Origin: Malacoraja senta
Taxonomy: Eukaryota
Direction of reading: 5' to 3'
NCBI GenBank assembly: GCA_038087875.1
Contig: CM075989.1
Span: 10,728,001 to 10,792,000 of the forward strand
Length of the DNA: 64,000 bases
Part shown: piece after piece, positions 51,049 to 62,430 of the stretch
Layout of the letters: every line of letters starts with the position of its first letter
How positions within the stretch are numbered: position 1 is the stretch's first letter
Program-made: the position numbers and the translations under genes
The notes under the pieces: generated by a model
Told to the model about the DNA's origin: nothing
Databases searched by the model: none
What the model saw: the letters and a program-made list of their open reading frames with translations, nothing else

Positions 51049-51800
51049 CAATAGACAATAGGTGCAGGAGTAGGCCATTTGGCCCTTTGAGCCTCACTAT
51101 TCAATGTGATCATGGCTGATCATCCCCAATCAGTACCCCATTCCTGCTTTCTCCCCATATCCCCTATCTTTAAGAGCCCTATATAGCTCTCTCTTGAAAG
51201 CATCCAGAGAACTGGCCTCCACCGCCCTCTGAGGCAGAGAATTCCACAGACTCACAACTCTCTGTGAGAAAAAGTGTTTCCTCGTCTCAGTTCTAAATGG
51301 TTTACCCCTTATTCTTAAACTGTGGCCCCTGGTTCTGGACTCCCCCAACATCGGGAACATGTTTTTTGCCTCTAGCATGCCCAAACCTTTAACAATCTTA
51401 TATGTTTCAATAAGATTCCCTCTCATCCTTCTACACTCCAGAGTGTACAAGCCCAGCCGCTCCATTCTCTCAGCATATGACAGTCCCGCCATCCCGGTAA
51501 TTAACCTTGTAAACCTACGCTGCACTCCCTCAATAGCAAGAAATGTCCTTCCTCAAATTAAGGGACCAAAACGGCACACAATACTCCAGGTGTGGTCTCA
51601 CTAGGGCTCTGTACAACTGCAGAAGGACCTCTTTGCTCCTTTACTCAATGCCTTTCGCTTTCTTCACTGCCTGCTGTACCTGCATGCTTACTTTCATAGA
51701 CCAATGAAGAAGGACCCCCAGATCCCGTTGTACTTCCCCTTTCCCCAACTTGACACCATTTAGATAGTAATCTGCCTTCCTGCTTTTGCTGCCAAAGTGG
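51049..51800 (-). mobile_element. CR1 (HER1-like) LINE 3' portion inserted into a LINE 3' UTR
   Basis: ORF 51130..51525(-) QRRFTRLITGMAGLSYAERMERLGLYTLECRRMRGNLIETYK...RVVSLWNSLP; the host repeat resumes at ~51801. Confidence 0.92.
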
Positions 51801-52104
51801 AAAGACAATACATGATTACAATCGAGCCATCCACAGTGTACAGATACATGAGAAAGGGGATAACGTATAGTGAATGCTATTGTTGTAGAGATTTAAAAGA
51901 GTTGGGCAATTGTAATGCGTGATTGCAGATCCGCTTCTGTGGCCAGGGCTCTAAGAGTCACGGTCATCCCTTCCCATCCTACTTCCGCTGGAAAATACCA
52001 AATCCACAATTCTCACCTCCGTGTTGCAGCAGGGGAAGCTCCAATCGCACTTATTCTCCCCCCACCCTCTTCCCATTCAACAAAAAGGTAGCTGTGCTGT
52101 GAAT

Positions 52105-52670
52105 ACAGGCCGACCCTCCAGTGCAGAGTGGAGCAATGTTGGAGGTGTTCAAGAAGGAACTGCAGATGTTGGAGAATCGAAGGTAGACAAAATTGCTGGA
52201 GAAACTCAGCGGGTGCGGCAGCATCTATGGAGCGAAGGAAATAGGCAACGTTTCGGCCCGAAACCCTTCTTCAGACTGAAACTCAGCGGGTGCGGCAGCA
52301 TCTATGGAGCGAAGGTCTGAGGAAGGGTTTCGGCCCGAAACGTTGCCTCTTTCCTTCGCTCCATAGATGCTGCCGCACCCGCTGAGTTTCTCCAGCAATT
52401 TTGTCTACCTGCAATGTTGGAGGTGCCTCTTACAGGTGAGACATTAAACAAAATCCCTTTCTGCTCCTGTGGATGTGTGTTCAGGTTCACTATGGCACTA
52501 TTTCCTAGGAACAGCAAGTTCTCTATCTTGCCCCGGACAATATTTATTTCTCCCGTGAATGAAGCTAAAATAAAAATTGCTGTGGGATTTGTTGGGCATG
52601 CTGTATCTTTCACACTTGGGATGTCTTCAAAGGGATATGACAGGAGCTATAGAAATGTGCGTCTTTTTAC
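52105..52670 (+). mobile_element. Old Deu-domain SINE interrupted by a fold-back element
   Basis: TGTTGGAGGTGCC...GAGACATTAAAC...ATGGCACTATT...ACAATATTTAT resembles the Deu domain. Confidence 0.55.
52148..52410. mobile_element. Fold-back PLE terminal-repeat element
   Basis: Core CTGAGGAAGGGTTTCGGCCCGAAACGTT at 52317-52344; exact 15-bp TSD GCAATGTTGGAGGTG at 52133-52147 / 52411-52425. Confidence 0.9.
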
Positions 52671-53270
52671 TGGAGCAGAGGAAAAGGAGCTGTTTAACAT
52701 TCAGTAATGGCTGGCTGCCTTGGCTTGTCAGATGTCCCCTGAGTGGCCATTGCAGCTTGTTCTCAATATAATCTTTCCATTGTTATCATGTCAGACTTAT
52801 AAAGCAGTTGAGCTTTTCCAATTCAGAGCATCATTAGCCAGGGACCCTGCGTTACGAGTGTGTTGTATAATTTAACACCAGCAGGTCTCCAAAAAAGCAT
52901 GAAGGCTGATTATGTGCAGATTACGATGAGTTTGATCAAAGCTGCCAGGAAGAAAGAATTGATTTCCATTAGTCCTCGTGTAATATGCCGCCACCTCCGG
53001 TCACTTTTGTTCTTTTACACCGACAGAATTAAACCTCTTTGAGTTACGGCACATTTTTCTGCATGGATTCAGAATGTTAATTAGTGTGTCTGGTTTTAAA
53101 GGTGAATTATTGCCGGGTTGGGCACGCAGGTCTGGTTATAAGAATTTTTTATTTTGTTTCCAATCTAATATCAGGGGTTTTCAAATGGAATACAGAATTG
53201 TTGATTGACTGCATTTTAAATGAGCTGTGACAGAACATGTTTAGAACGCAATGCATATTGTTGGCAATTC

Positions 53271-54310
53271 TAGACTACACTTCTTCCCACCCTGCTTCCT
53301 GTAAAGACTATCCCCTACTCCCAATTCCTCCGTCTACGCCGCATCTGCGCCCAGGAAGAGGTCTTCCATACTAGATCATTGGAGATGTCCTCGTTCTTTA
53401 GGAAGCGGGGGTTCCCCTCTTCCATTACAGATGAGGCTCTCACTAGGGTCTCCCCGATATCCCGCAGCTCCGCTCTTGCTCCCCCTCCCCCCATTCGCAA
53501 CAAGGACAGAGTCCCCCTTGTCCTCACCTTCCACCCCATCAGCCGTCTCATACAGCATATAATCCTCCAACACTTTCACCACCTCCAACGGGATCCCACT
53601 ACTGGCCACATCTTCCCATCTCCACCTCTTTCTGCTTTCCACAACTCCCTGGTCAACTTGTCCGTTCCCACCCAAACCACCCCCTCCCCAGGTACATTCC
53701 CCTGCAACCGCAGGAGATGCAACACCTGTCCCTTTACCTCCCCCCTCGACTCCATCCAAGGAGCCCAACAGTCTTTTCAGGTGAGCCAGAGGTTCCCTTG
53801 CACCTCCTCCAACCTCATCTACTGTATCCGCTGTTCCAGGTGTCAACATCTGTACATCGGCGAGACCAAGCGCAGGCTCAGCGATCGTTTCGCTGAACAC
53901 CTCCGCTCAGTCTGCCTTAACCTACCTGATCTCCCGGTTGCTCAGCACTTTATCTCCCCCTCCCATTCCCAATCTGACCTTTCAGTCCTGGGCCTCCTCC
54001 ATTGTCAGCATGAGGCCCAGCGCAAATTGAAGGAACAGCACCTTATATTTCGCTTGGGTAGCTTACACCCCAGCGGTATGAACATTGATTTCTCTAACAT
54101 CAAATAGCCCTTGCTTTCCCTCTCTCTCCATCCCTTTCCGCCTCCCAGTTCTCCCACCAATCCTACTGACTCCGACTACACTCTATCTCTGTTCCGCCCA
54201 CTCCCCTGACATCAGTCTGAAGAAGGGTCTTGACCCGAAACATCACCCTTTCCTTCTCTCCAAAGATGCTGCCTGTCCCGCTGAGTTACTCCAGCATTTT
54301 GTGTCTACCC
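53271..54310 (+). mobile_element. 5'-truncated Neptune-type Penelope-like retroelement (RT thumb, Cys linker, GIY-YIG endonuclease, terminal repeat)
   Basis: LDYTSSHPASC and IPYSQFLRLRRIC upstream; ORF 53379..54107 with CNRRRCNTC linker and NLIYCIRCSRCQHLYIGETKRRLSDRFAEH; hammerhead-like core at 54217-54240. Confidence 0.9.
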
Positions 54311-55651
54311 ATTTTAATAGGTCTTTCTAATAGGAAGTTTTCCATCTATAATACCTCATGCAGATAGCAATCAACTTCCTTGGTTAAATATCTGATGTTA
54401 TTGTGCCTCGGTGGGCAGGTGTCTTATGTATGAATCAGAAAGTTGTTGGCTCAAGTCCTACTGGAAAGACTTGGACTCAAAAATGGAGGCTGACACCCGG
54501 AGTCTGTTTTCTAAGTTGGAACCCACAATACTATTTTGAAGAGGAGTTCACCTCAGTGTGCTGGGGTCAATATGTATCCTGCACCAGCGTGGGTTTTCTC
54601 CAGGTGCTCTGGCTTCCTCCCACACTCCAATGACGTACAGGTTAGTAGGTTAATTGACATCAGTATAATTGTCCCTAGTGTAGGATAATGTTAGTGTATG
54701 GGGTGATCGTTGGCTGTGTGGACTCTGTGTTTCCATGCTGTGTCTTTAAAAAGTAAAAGTTTTTTTTAAAAGTCACTGAAGCTAATTCCTGGTTGGACCC
54801 AATGTGCTGCATGTCTTGATTTCCATTTGATGGTTGGGATATGGTGGTCGAATGAATAAGTTAGTGGACAAGCATCTGGAGTCTGAAGAAGGGTCTCGAC
54901 CCCAAATGTCATCTATTCCTTTTCTCCAGATCCGCTGCCTGACCCGTTGAGTTACTCCAGCACTTTGTGTCTATGTTTGGAGCTTTGGACCATTGAACCA
55001 GAGACAAAACTCAATGCCATGGCAGCTGGGAAATATAGTTCAACTAACTAGATAAATCTGGATCTAATAAGAGCCATAGATACACAGCACAGAAATAGGC
55101 CCTTCAGCCCATTTTGTCCCTGCCAACCATCAACAATCCATTTATATTTATCCCACATTAATCCAATATGAATCTCCTCACATTCTCGCCAGATCACCCT
55201 GAATTATATCTCTCATCCACATGCTCATGGCAATTTACAGACACTTGGGATGTGAGAGGAAATTGGAGCAAGGCACTCATAATCACAGGGAGAAGTGCAA
55301 ACTCCACATTGTCAGCATCTGAGGTCAGGATAGAACCCAGATCTCTATCGGTTGTAGAAACAAGGAACTGCAGGTGCTAGTTTGCCAAGGAAATAAATAA
55401 AATGCTGGAGTAACTCAGTTGGTCTGTGGAGAATGTGGGTAGGTGACATTTTGGCTTGGGACCCGTCATCGGTCTGAAGAAGGCTCCTGACTCGAAATGT
55501 CACCTATCCCTGTTCTCCAGTGATGCTGGCTGACCCAGTATTTTGGGTCTTTCCAAATCTATCAGTTGTGCCTTTGTCCCATCACTGTGTTGCAGTGATG
55601 TGTGGTGAGGTTAATGGCTGGGGAGGCACTGGCTTCTACCCCATCCTAACT

Positions 55652-55930
55652 TAGTTGTGTGTGTGTGTGTGTTAGTTGTGTGTGTGTGTTAGTTGTGTGT
55701 GTGTTAGTTGTCTGTGCGTGATGTGTGTGTGTTAGTTATCTGTGCGTGATGTGTCTGGGAGGGCGAGAGAGAAGGGTTGGAGGGAGGGAGAGAGAGTAGG
55801 GTGGGAGGGAGGGAGAGAAAGAAGGGAGGGAAGGAGAGAAGGGAAAAGAGAGAGGAGGGAGGGAAGGAGAGAAGGGAGGGAGGGAAGAAGGGAAGGGAGT
55901 GAGGGAAGGGAAGGAGAGAAAGGAGGGAGA
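55652..55930. repeat. (TTAGTTGTGTGTG)n-like minisatellite followed by a polypurine GA tract
   Basis: Directly visible repeats. Confidence 0.9.
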
Positions 55931-57449
55931 GGGCTGGTGGCGGGAGTGGATGCTGGGGTCCCGAGCCGAGAGTAGATTACTCCAGCGCGGGGCCCAATTG
56001 GGAGCTCTCAGCGGCCCAGAGCCTCCGAATCGGCCGCTACAAATCAACGAATCAACCTACTGTCAGCGCCGCCTGTGGCTGGAAATTCAGCGCCGCCAGC
56101 GGTGGAATCCAGTGCTGCGCCGCCGCTGCTGAAGCTAGCTAACGTGGAGGGAGAGCGAGGCAGCGTCAATTACATGAGCCTACGTAATTGACGCTCACTC
56201 TTCCTCCACTGGGCTCAAGACATGCCCCCTTGTGAGGCAGACATGATAGCTGCCTCCCCTGCTGCTTTTTCATTGCAGTTTTATGAAGCGACCAGTGAGC
56301 CTAAATTTAATATATTTATATGTGAAATAAGTTCCCTGGACTATGGAAGGTGAGGATATGTAATGAAGGGGTTTACACACATTACATTGGTGACATACAT
56401 AGAGATAGTAACAGGCACACGCTTATTGCCCGCGCTCCATGCAGTTTCTGAGGGGTTGCGCAATCAGAGGGGAGGCTCAGCTCGTCGCTGCCTCACCTCT
56501 CATCTCTCCCTGTATTTGAAGCGGAGCTGCGCAAATTAGGCGATTTTTACTATAAAAAATGATTAGATTCATATAGAAATGACATTTATAACAGATCAGT
56601 GGAAAAATCTTTATATTTATTTTATTTTATTATTATTTTCCTTTACTTTTCTTAACAGCTATTTTCATTTTTTTTTTTTTTTTTTTCCTTAAATGTTTTT
56701 TTTATTAGATTTTTAAACAAATGTACAATTTACAAGGAAGGGTAGAAAGCTCACACAATTTAAAAAACATTTACACAAAATTATCAAATTAAAATATTAA
56801 CATTTTTATCTATAATATATTCAACCTCCTGCGGTGACCAGCGTTCACAGCTATTATCATTGGGAGTATGACAGGTGAGGCTCTGCCTCCCCTGACCGCA
56901 TGTCCCTGCTGTGTTGTCTTTCTTAAATAACTTTCCCTGACAGAGGTAGCCATTTGAAGGGAAAGTTACATTGCACACCAACTTTGTTTTCAATTAAATC
57001 TACTCTCATCACAAGTCACCTTTAACTTTGTTAGTAATTAATTCTCAATGAAGTGTATTGGGTTTAAATTGCTTTTAAATCACACATTTGTGAGTGAAGA
57101 TGCCTGTGAAACACAAGGGTATATCATTGAATGCTTTAATCAGATGTTGCAATGTTTTTTGCTCTGTAACCTTGGGTCACTAATGCATGGTTAATGTGGT
57201 TGGAGACCCGCTGTAGAAGGCACAGCATTTGTGAGATCGCTGGGGTGTGCCGGAGCTGAAAGCTGTGTTGTTCATTGCGTGCTGTGGCAGAGAAGGCAGC
57301 TGTGGCTGGGGACTTTGCAGTCTTGCTGAATGAGGAAACCAGCAGCGTGCCCTCTGCAATTCATTCCTTACGTTCCCACTGATCGGAGGGCCTGATACTG
57401 GGAGCCAGCGTCTAAACATCCCAGCAGGCATCCGTTGAGAGCAGAGTTA

Positions 57450-58007
57450 AGGGGCTGTCCCACCTACGGCGACCTAATTGGCGAGTTTAGAAGAGTTTGC
57501 CCTCGACTCATACTCGCAGCATGGTCGACACGAGGTCCTAGGAGGTCTTTGTAACTTCATGCTCGAGAGTAGTCCCCGTGTACTCGAGGCCTCAGCTAGG
57601 TCGCGGCATATTTTTTAACATGCTGAAAAATGCCCGCGAGTAAAAAAAGGTTGCCATGGAAAAAATCAATACTTTTTTTACTCAAAGGTTTAGTCGAAGT
57701 AGGTCGTAGTAGGTCGGCATGTTAGTCGTAGGTAATCGAGGGTAGTCGAAGGTAATCGTCGATAGTCTTCAACATAGTCGAAGGGAGGTTGAAGGTGATC
57801 GAAGGAGGTCGTCTTCACTCTCGACTATTCGGTGTCCAATTTTCCTGAAGTTAGTCATAGCTAGTCGAAGCTGGTCTTCAACATAGTCGAAGGAGGTCGA
57901 AGGAGGTCTTCCTCATAGTCGAAGGAGGTCTTCAACATGACACTTTTTCAAACTCTCCTAAACTCTTCTAAACTCGCCAATTAGGTCACCGCAGTGGGAC
58001 AGCCCCT
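57450..58007. mobile_element. PIF/Harbinger-type MITE (558 bp), inverted relative to 14760-15283
   Basis: TIRs AGGGGCTGTCCCAC...GACCTAATTGGCGAGTTTAGAAGAGTTT; TTA TSD at 57447-57449 / 58008-58010. Confidence 0.88.
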
Positions 58008-58419
58008 TTAGGAAACTCCCACACGCTGAGGGAAATGTGGAATTCCCCACCACACTGATATCTCGGGTCACTGGACCATAATCATCCTATACCAATACCA
58101 ATAATTGGTGTTGGGTCTATTGTTAATTTTATATCCAAGACTGATGCACTGACCAAAGTAGTTCAGGAAGAGGGGAGAAAAACAGAAATATAGATTGCGG
58201 TCACAAATATAGAACTAGTGAGAACGGGTGATTGAAAGTCGGCATGGACTTGGTGGGCAGTAGGGCCTGTTTCCATACTCTATCTCTAATCTAAACAAAA
58301 CCAAACTAGACTAACTGAGCCACAATCTTATTAAGTGGCAGAACAGGCTTGTGGGGCTGAATGGCTTCCTCCTGCATTTATGTGCATGGGTTCATGAATT
58401 GCTCTGAAGTCGCCACTAT

Positions 58420-58718
58420 TTTAGTTTAGTTTAGAGATGCAGTTCGGAAACAGGCCCTTCGGCCCACCGAGTCCATGCCGACCAACAATCCCTGCACACT
58501 ACCACTATCCAACACACAAGGGACAATTTACAATTATACCAAGCCAATTAACCTACACCCCTGTACCTCTTTGTAGTGTGAGAGCTACCCGTAGAAAACC
58601 CACGCGGGTCACAGGGAGAATGAATCAACTCTGTACTGACAGCACCCGTAGTCAGGATCGAACCCAGGTTTCTGGCGCTGTAAGGCAGCAACTCTACCGC
58701 TGCAACACTGTGCCACCT
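58420..58718 (-). mobile_element. HE1-type V-SINE, full length
   Basis: (TTTAG)n tail, V-domain and tRNA head; a divergent plus-strand SINE head follows at ~58790-58960. Confidence 0.88.
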
Positions 58719-59329
58719 TGTGTGGACATTGAGGAACCTCACGACACTTGTTTCAATGCCTTTGCACAGTACTCTGCTCCCACAAGTTGTCTCAGTGGTG
58801 CAGCTGGTAGTGCCGCTGCCTCACAGTGGCAGCGACCCCGGTTCAATCCTGACCCCTTCTGATGTGTTTGAATGTTGTGCCTGTGAGCATGAGGATAGGC
58901 TTTGGGTCTCCAGTTTCCTCTGGCATCCCGAAGACATGTGGGTTTATAGATTAAATGGCCGCTATGATTTGCAGCTGAGTGGTTGAATCTGGAGGAATGG
59001 GAAGGGGTTGGATGTGGGAACCATAGGTTACAAGGAAAAAATGAGTGGGGAATGGGATTGCTCTGTGGGCTGGCATGGACTCGATGGGCAGAAATGGCTG
59101 CTTCTGCATTATAAGAAATATGGGACATGTCAGGCATGGCTCTGTGGTCGCCATTCATCTCTGAACCAGAAAGTTTGGCTCCATTCTAAAGATTTGACCA
59201 CATACTTCAAACAGGCACTCTGAATGCAGTACTGAGGGCCCAGAACATTGTCTGAGATACAGTTCTATGGATGAGATGTTAAATAGAAATCCTTTACATC
59301 AGGAGAATGAGCAGGAGGCACAAACACCG

Positions 59330-60215
59330 ATATCCATACCCACTCTCTCCACACCTACAAATGTGCAGCCAGATACAGCACCAACGCCATCTTGCAGGAG
59401 GGTTATTAATAGTCTGGTTGAGGGGTACCAGAACAACAATCTTGCTCTCAACATGAGACTAATCGTTGACTTCAGGAAGGGAAAGACAAGGGAAACATGC
59501 AGCTGTCTGCATCGATGGGGAGAGTAAACAGCTTCAAATTTCAGGGCGTGCATATCTCAGATCTGTCCTGGGCCCAGCACATTGATGCAATGGCAAAGAA
59601 AGCTCACCAATGCCTCTACTGCCTCAGTCCTTTGAGGAGATCGACCTGTCGCCAAACACTCTATCCAACTTCAACAGGTGTGGGATTAAGAGCATAGTGA
59701 ATGGTTGCACACAGCTCGCTTTAATAATTCAAACGCTCAAGAACAAAACAGGCTGCAGAAAATGGTGGACATTGCCCAGTGTTGAGCTCCCTGCTGTCAA
59801 AGGGATCTACAGAAAATGCTGCCTCAAGAAGGCAGCTAGTATCATCAAAGACCTACACCACCCTGCTCACGCTTTTGTCTCATTGCTACCATCAGGATCA
59901 AGGTAGGTACAGGAGTCTAAGAACAAGGTTCAAGAACACCTTCTGCACATCCACCAGTGGATCTTGAACCTGCTTGCACAACTCTAAGCACAACAATCTA
60001 CCTGAGCACAGAAAAAGCACTACTACAGGCCTTGCACATCTAAAACTGCACCTCGTATTTTAACTTTGTCTTGCACGATGGTAGTCTGGTTTCCTTAGAA
60101 GAACTGGTAATGTATGGTATATTAGTTTGTTATGTTGCTGCATTTAATGGGCCTGTAAAGCTACAGCAAGTAAGAATGTCATTGTTCTAGACCTGCTGTG
60201 TGTGACAATTAAACT
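59330..60215 (+). mobile_element. Degenerate Rex1/Babar LINE 3' region
   Basis: NNLALN..LIVDFRK, VNSFKFQGVHI..LSWAQHIDAMAKKAHQCLY, KKAASIIKDLHHPAH, TRFKNTF. Confidence 0.8.
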
Positions 60216-60599
60216 CTATTGATCTCCACTACCTCTGACCCAATAATGATTTCAGTGATTGATTGGACGTATTGATTTTAAAATCTGAGATTAATGGATG
60301 TTTATTGAAGGATATGTAGTTGAGATAGAAGTATAGATTCAGGTCACTGATCGACTCTAACCTCATTGAATGGTGCATTTATAGAGTGCGCTACTGTGCT
60401 CCGCATGGTTAAATTCTCTACACATCCTGTGCGGATTTTTTCAGAGCAGGGAAGTCCGAGCCTGGTGGACATTTATCTTTCCACTGGGACTGCTGAACAA
60501 GCAACTTAACTAGTCATCCATCTCACAGCTGTTGGCTGGACCTAACCATGCATAAAGTGACTGTAACCCGTGCCTATGATACAATGATGACGGGGCCTC

Positions 60600-61040
60600 G
60601 GAATCGTACGCTGGATGAGTGGAGGAGTGCAGGAGTCCGATGACAGAATAGCAAAGGAGCTACTTTCTGGAGAGCTGACTGAGGACTGTGGTCAGTCGAA
60701 GAGGTTCAACGACTCTAATAGAACATCCCTGAAGAGTTTCATCGTTGACGCACGGCCCTGGAAAGAACAAGCATCAGATTGTCCTCGTTGCCGCACCCGT
60801 GCTAAAGGTCGTGCTCACTCGTGTGAGGAAGCTGGAGTGGAGGAAAGCAAAGAGGAAAAGCGAATCTCAATAAGCAAGAACCATGATGTTGCAGCTTCCT
60901 GACACCCCTGTCACCGACACGGAAGGAACTATCGAGCCCAGATTGGTCTAATCAGCCACCTCGACACACATTGCAACACTACAGATCAAATGTCATGGTC
61001 TTACCTGAATGAGAACGAGTGGCGAGCAACAGTAACAAAC
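60600..61040 (+). mobile_element. RTE-clade (BovB-like) LINE 3' fragment
   Basis: DDRIAKELLSGELTE..GQSKRFND..SLKSF..D...W, then a degenerate zinc-finger GRNYRAQIGLISHLDTH, typical of RTE/BovB C-termini. Confidence 0.75.
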
Positions 61041-62124
61041 CAAAGAAATTGACTATTAACTGCTCTCTGAAATGGCCCAGAAAGCAATCAGTTCAGGAGC
61101 AACAGACGATTAACTTGTCACCGATGTTCTGACCCTTAAAACTAAACAGATGAAAAACATTTCTCTCAATTGTGGGCCTCAGAAGAATTGCTTCCACCCC
61201 ATTTCTCTTGAGGAAGAAACACCAACACTGTTGTCTCTGGAGGAACGCAGGAAGGAGAATTTCAGCCAGCAATCTCCAAAATACTATGCAGGCCACGGCA
61301 GGGTCATCTGGAGTTGCTGAAGGAGTTTCTCTTTTTATTAATCATACATATTTGGGGATGTGGTAATTGCTGAAGAGGCCAGCGTTTATAAGCTGTTGCA
61401 AAGTGGCCCTGGAGAAGTGGTGAGCTTAGACCTATCAATGTGACAGTCCTTCTGGTGTGCTGTTGGCAGCGAGTTGTGGACATTAGACTCAGTACAATGA
61501 AGGAATGGCAATGGATGTCCAAGTCACACTTGGAGGAGATGTGAGGCTTGGAGGGGAAGCTGTGGATGGCGGTGTCCTATGTAGCCGCTGCCCTAGTCGT
61601 CCAGGGTGGTGGAGATGGCAGGTGTGGGAGGAGCTGACAGACAGGCATGTAACTAGGGTGTTCTATACAACCCCCTTGAGTGAGTGACATGGTAGGTTCA
61701 TTGGTTGCTGTAACTGACCAACTACTGTAGATCAATGGCAAAAAATAATCAACAGGGAAGCTGCTGAACATGGGTGAGGGAAAACACAGGGAGCTAAGCA
61801 AAAGGGAGACCCGATTAATGGAATCCCTCCTTAGGAGCCAGCATGGATCTGATGGGCCGAATGCTCTGCTTCGGTATGGTTGATAAGCTTTTGTAGATGA
61901 TACTTGTGTAATACTAAAACTGCTGATGGTAACGCAATCACTGTTTTGGGTTGAAGCTCACTATCTGTCGATGGTGAACCACAGGTGTGGGAGGTAAATG
62001 CTCTCAGGTAACTGTCAATGGGAAGGTGTGGAGACGTTCCAGCAACTGAAATCCAGAAACAGATTTGCAATTATGCTACATGATGAAATACCCCAAGGAA
62101 TTTCCCAGAAAGCACAAGAATCGG

Positions 62125-62430
62125 TGCCAGAGACCCGGGTTCAATCCTGGCTACGGGTGCTGTCTGTACAGATATTGTGCTTACTGCCCGTGACTGCGTG
62201 GGTTTCCTCCAGGTGCTCTGGTTTCCTCCCACGCTCCAAAGACGTACAGGTTTGTAGTTTAATTGGCTTCAAGAAAATGTGTAAATTGTCCCAAATGTGG
62301 TAGTATAGTGGTAGTGTACGGAGATCGCTGGTCGGCACGAACTCGGTGGGCCGAAGGGCCTGTTTTGACACTGAAACTAAACCAAATAGGCTCTCTAAAC
62401 TAAAATAAACAAAACTAAACCAAACTAAAT
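62125..62430 (+). mobile_element. HE1-type V-SINE
   Basis: B-box, V-domain, GGTGGGCCGAAGGGCCTG tail and (CTAAA)n. Confidence 0.85.

Noticed and set aside
53376..53900. 174-aa minus-strand ORF
   Set aside because: Antisense shadow of the PLE ORF.
56063..56125. CTCF site cluster
   Set aside because: By eye the GGCGGCGC-containing motifs have several mismatches to the CTCF core consensus.
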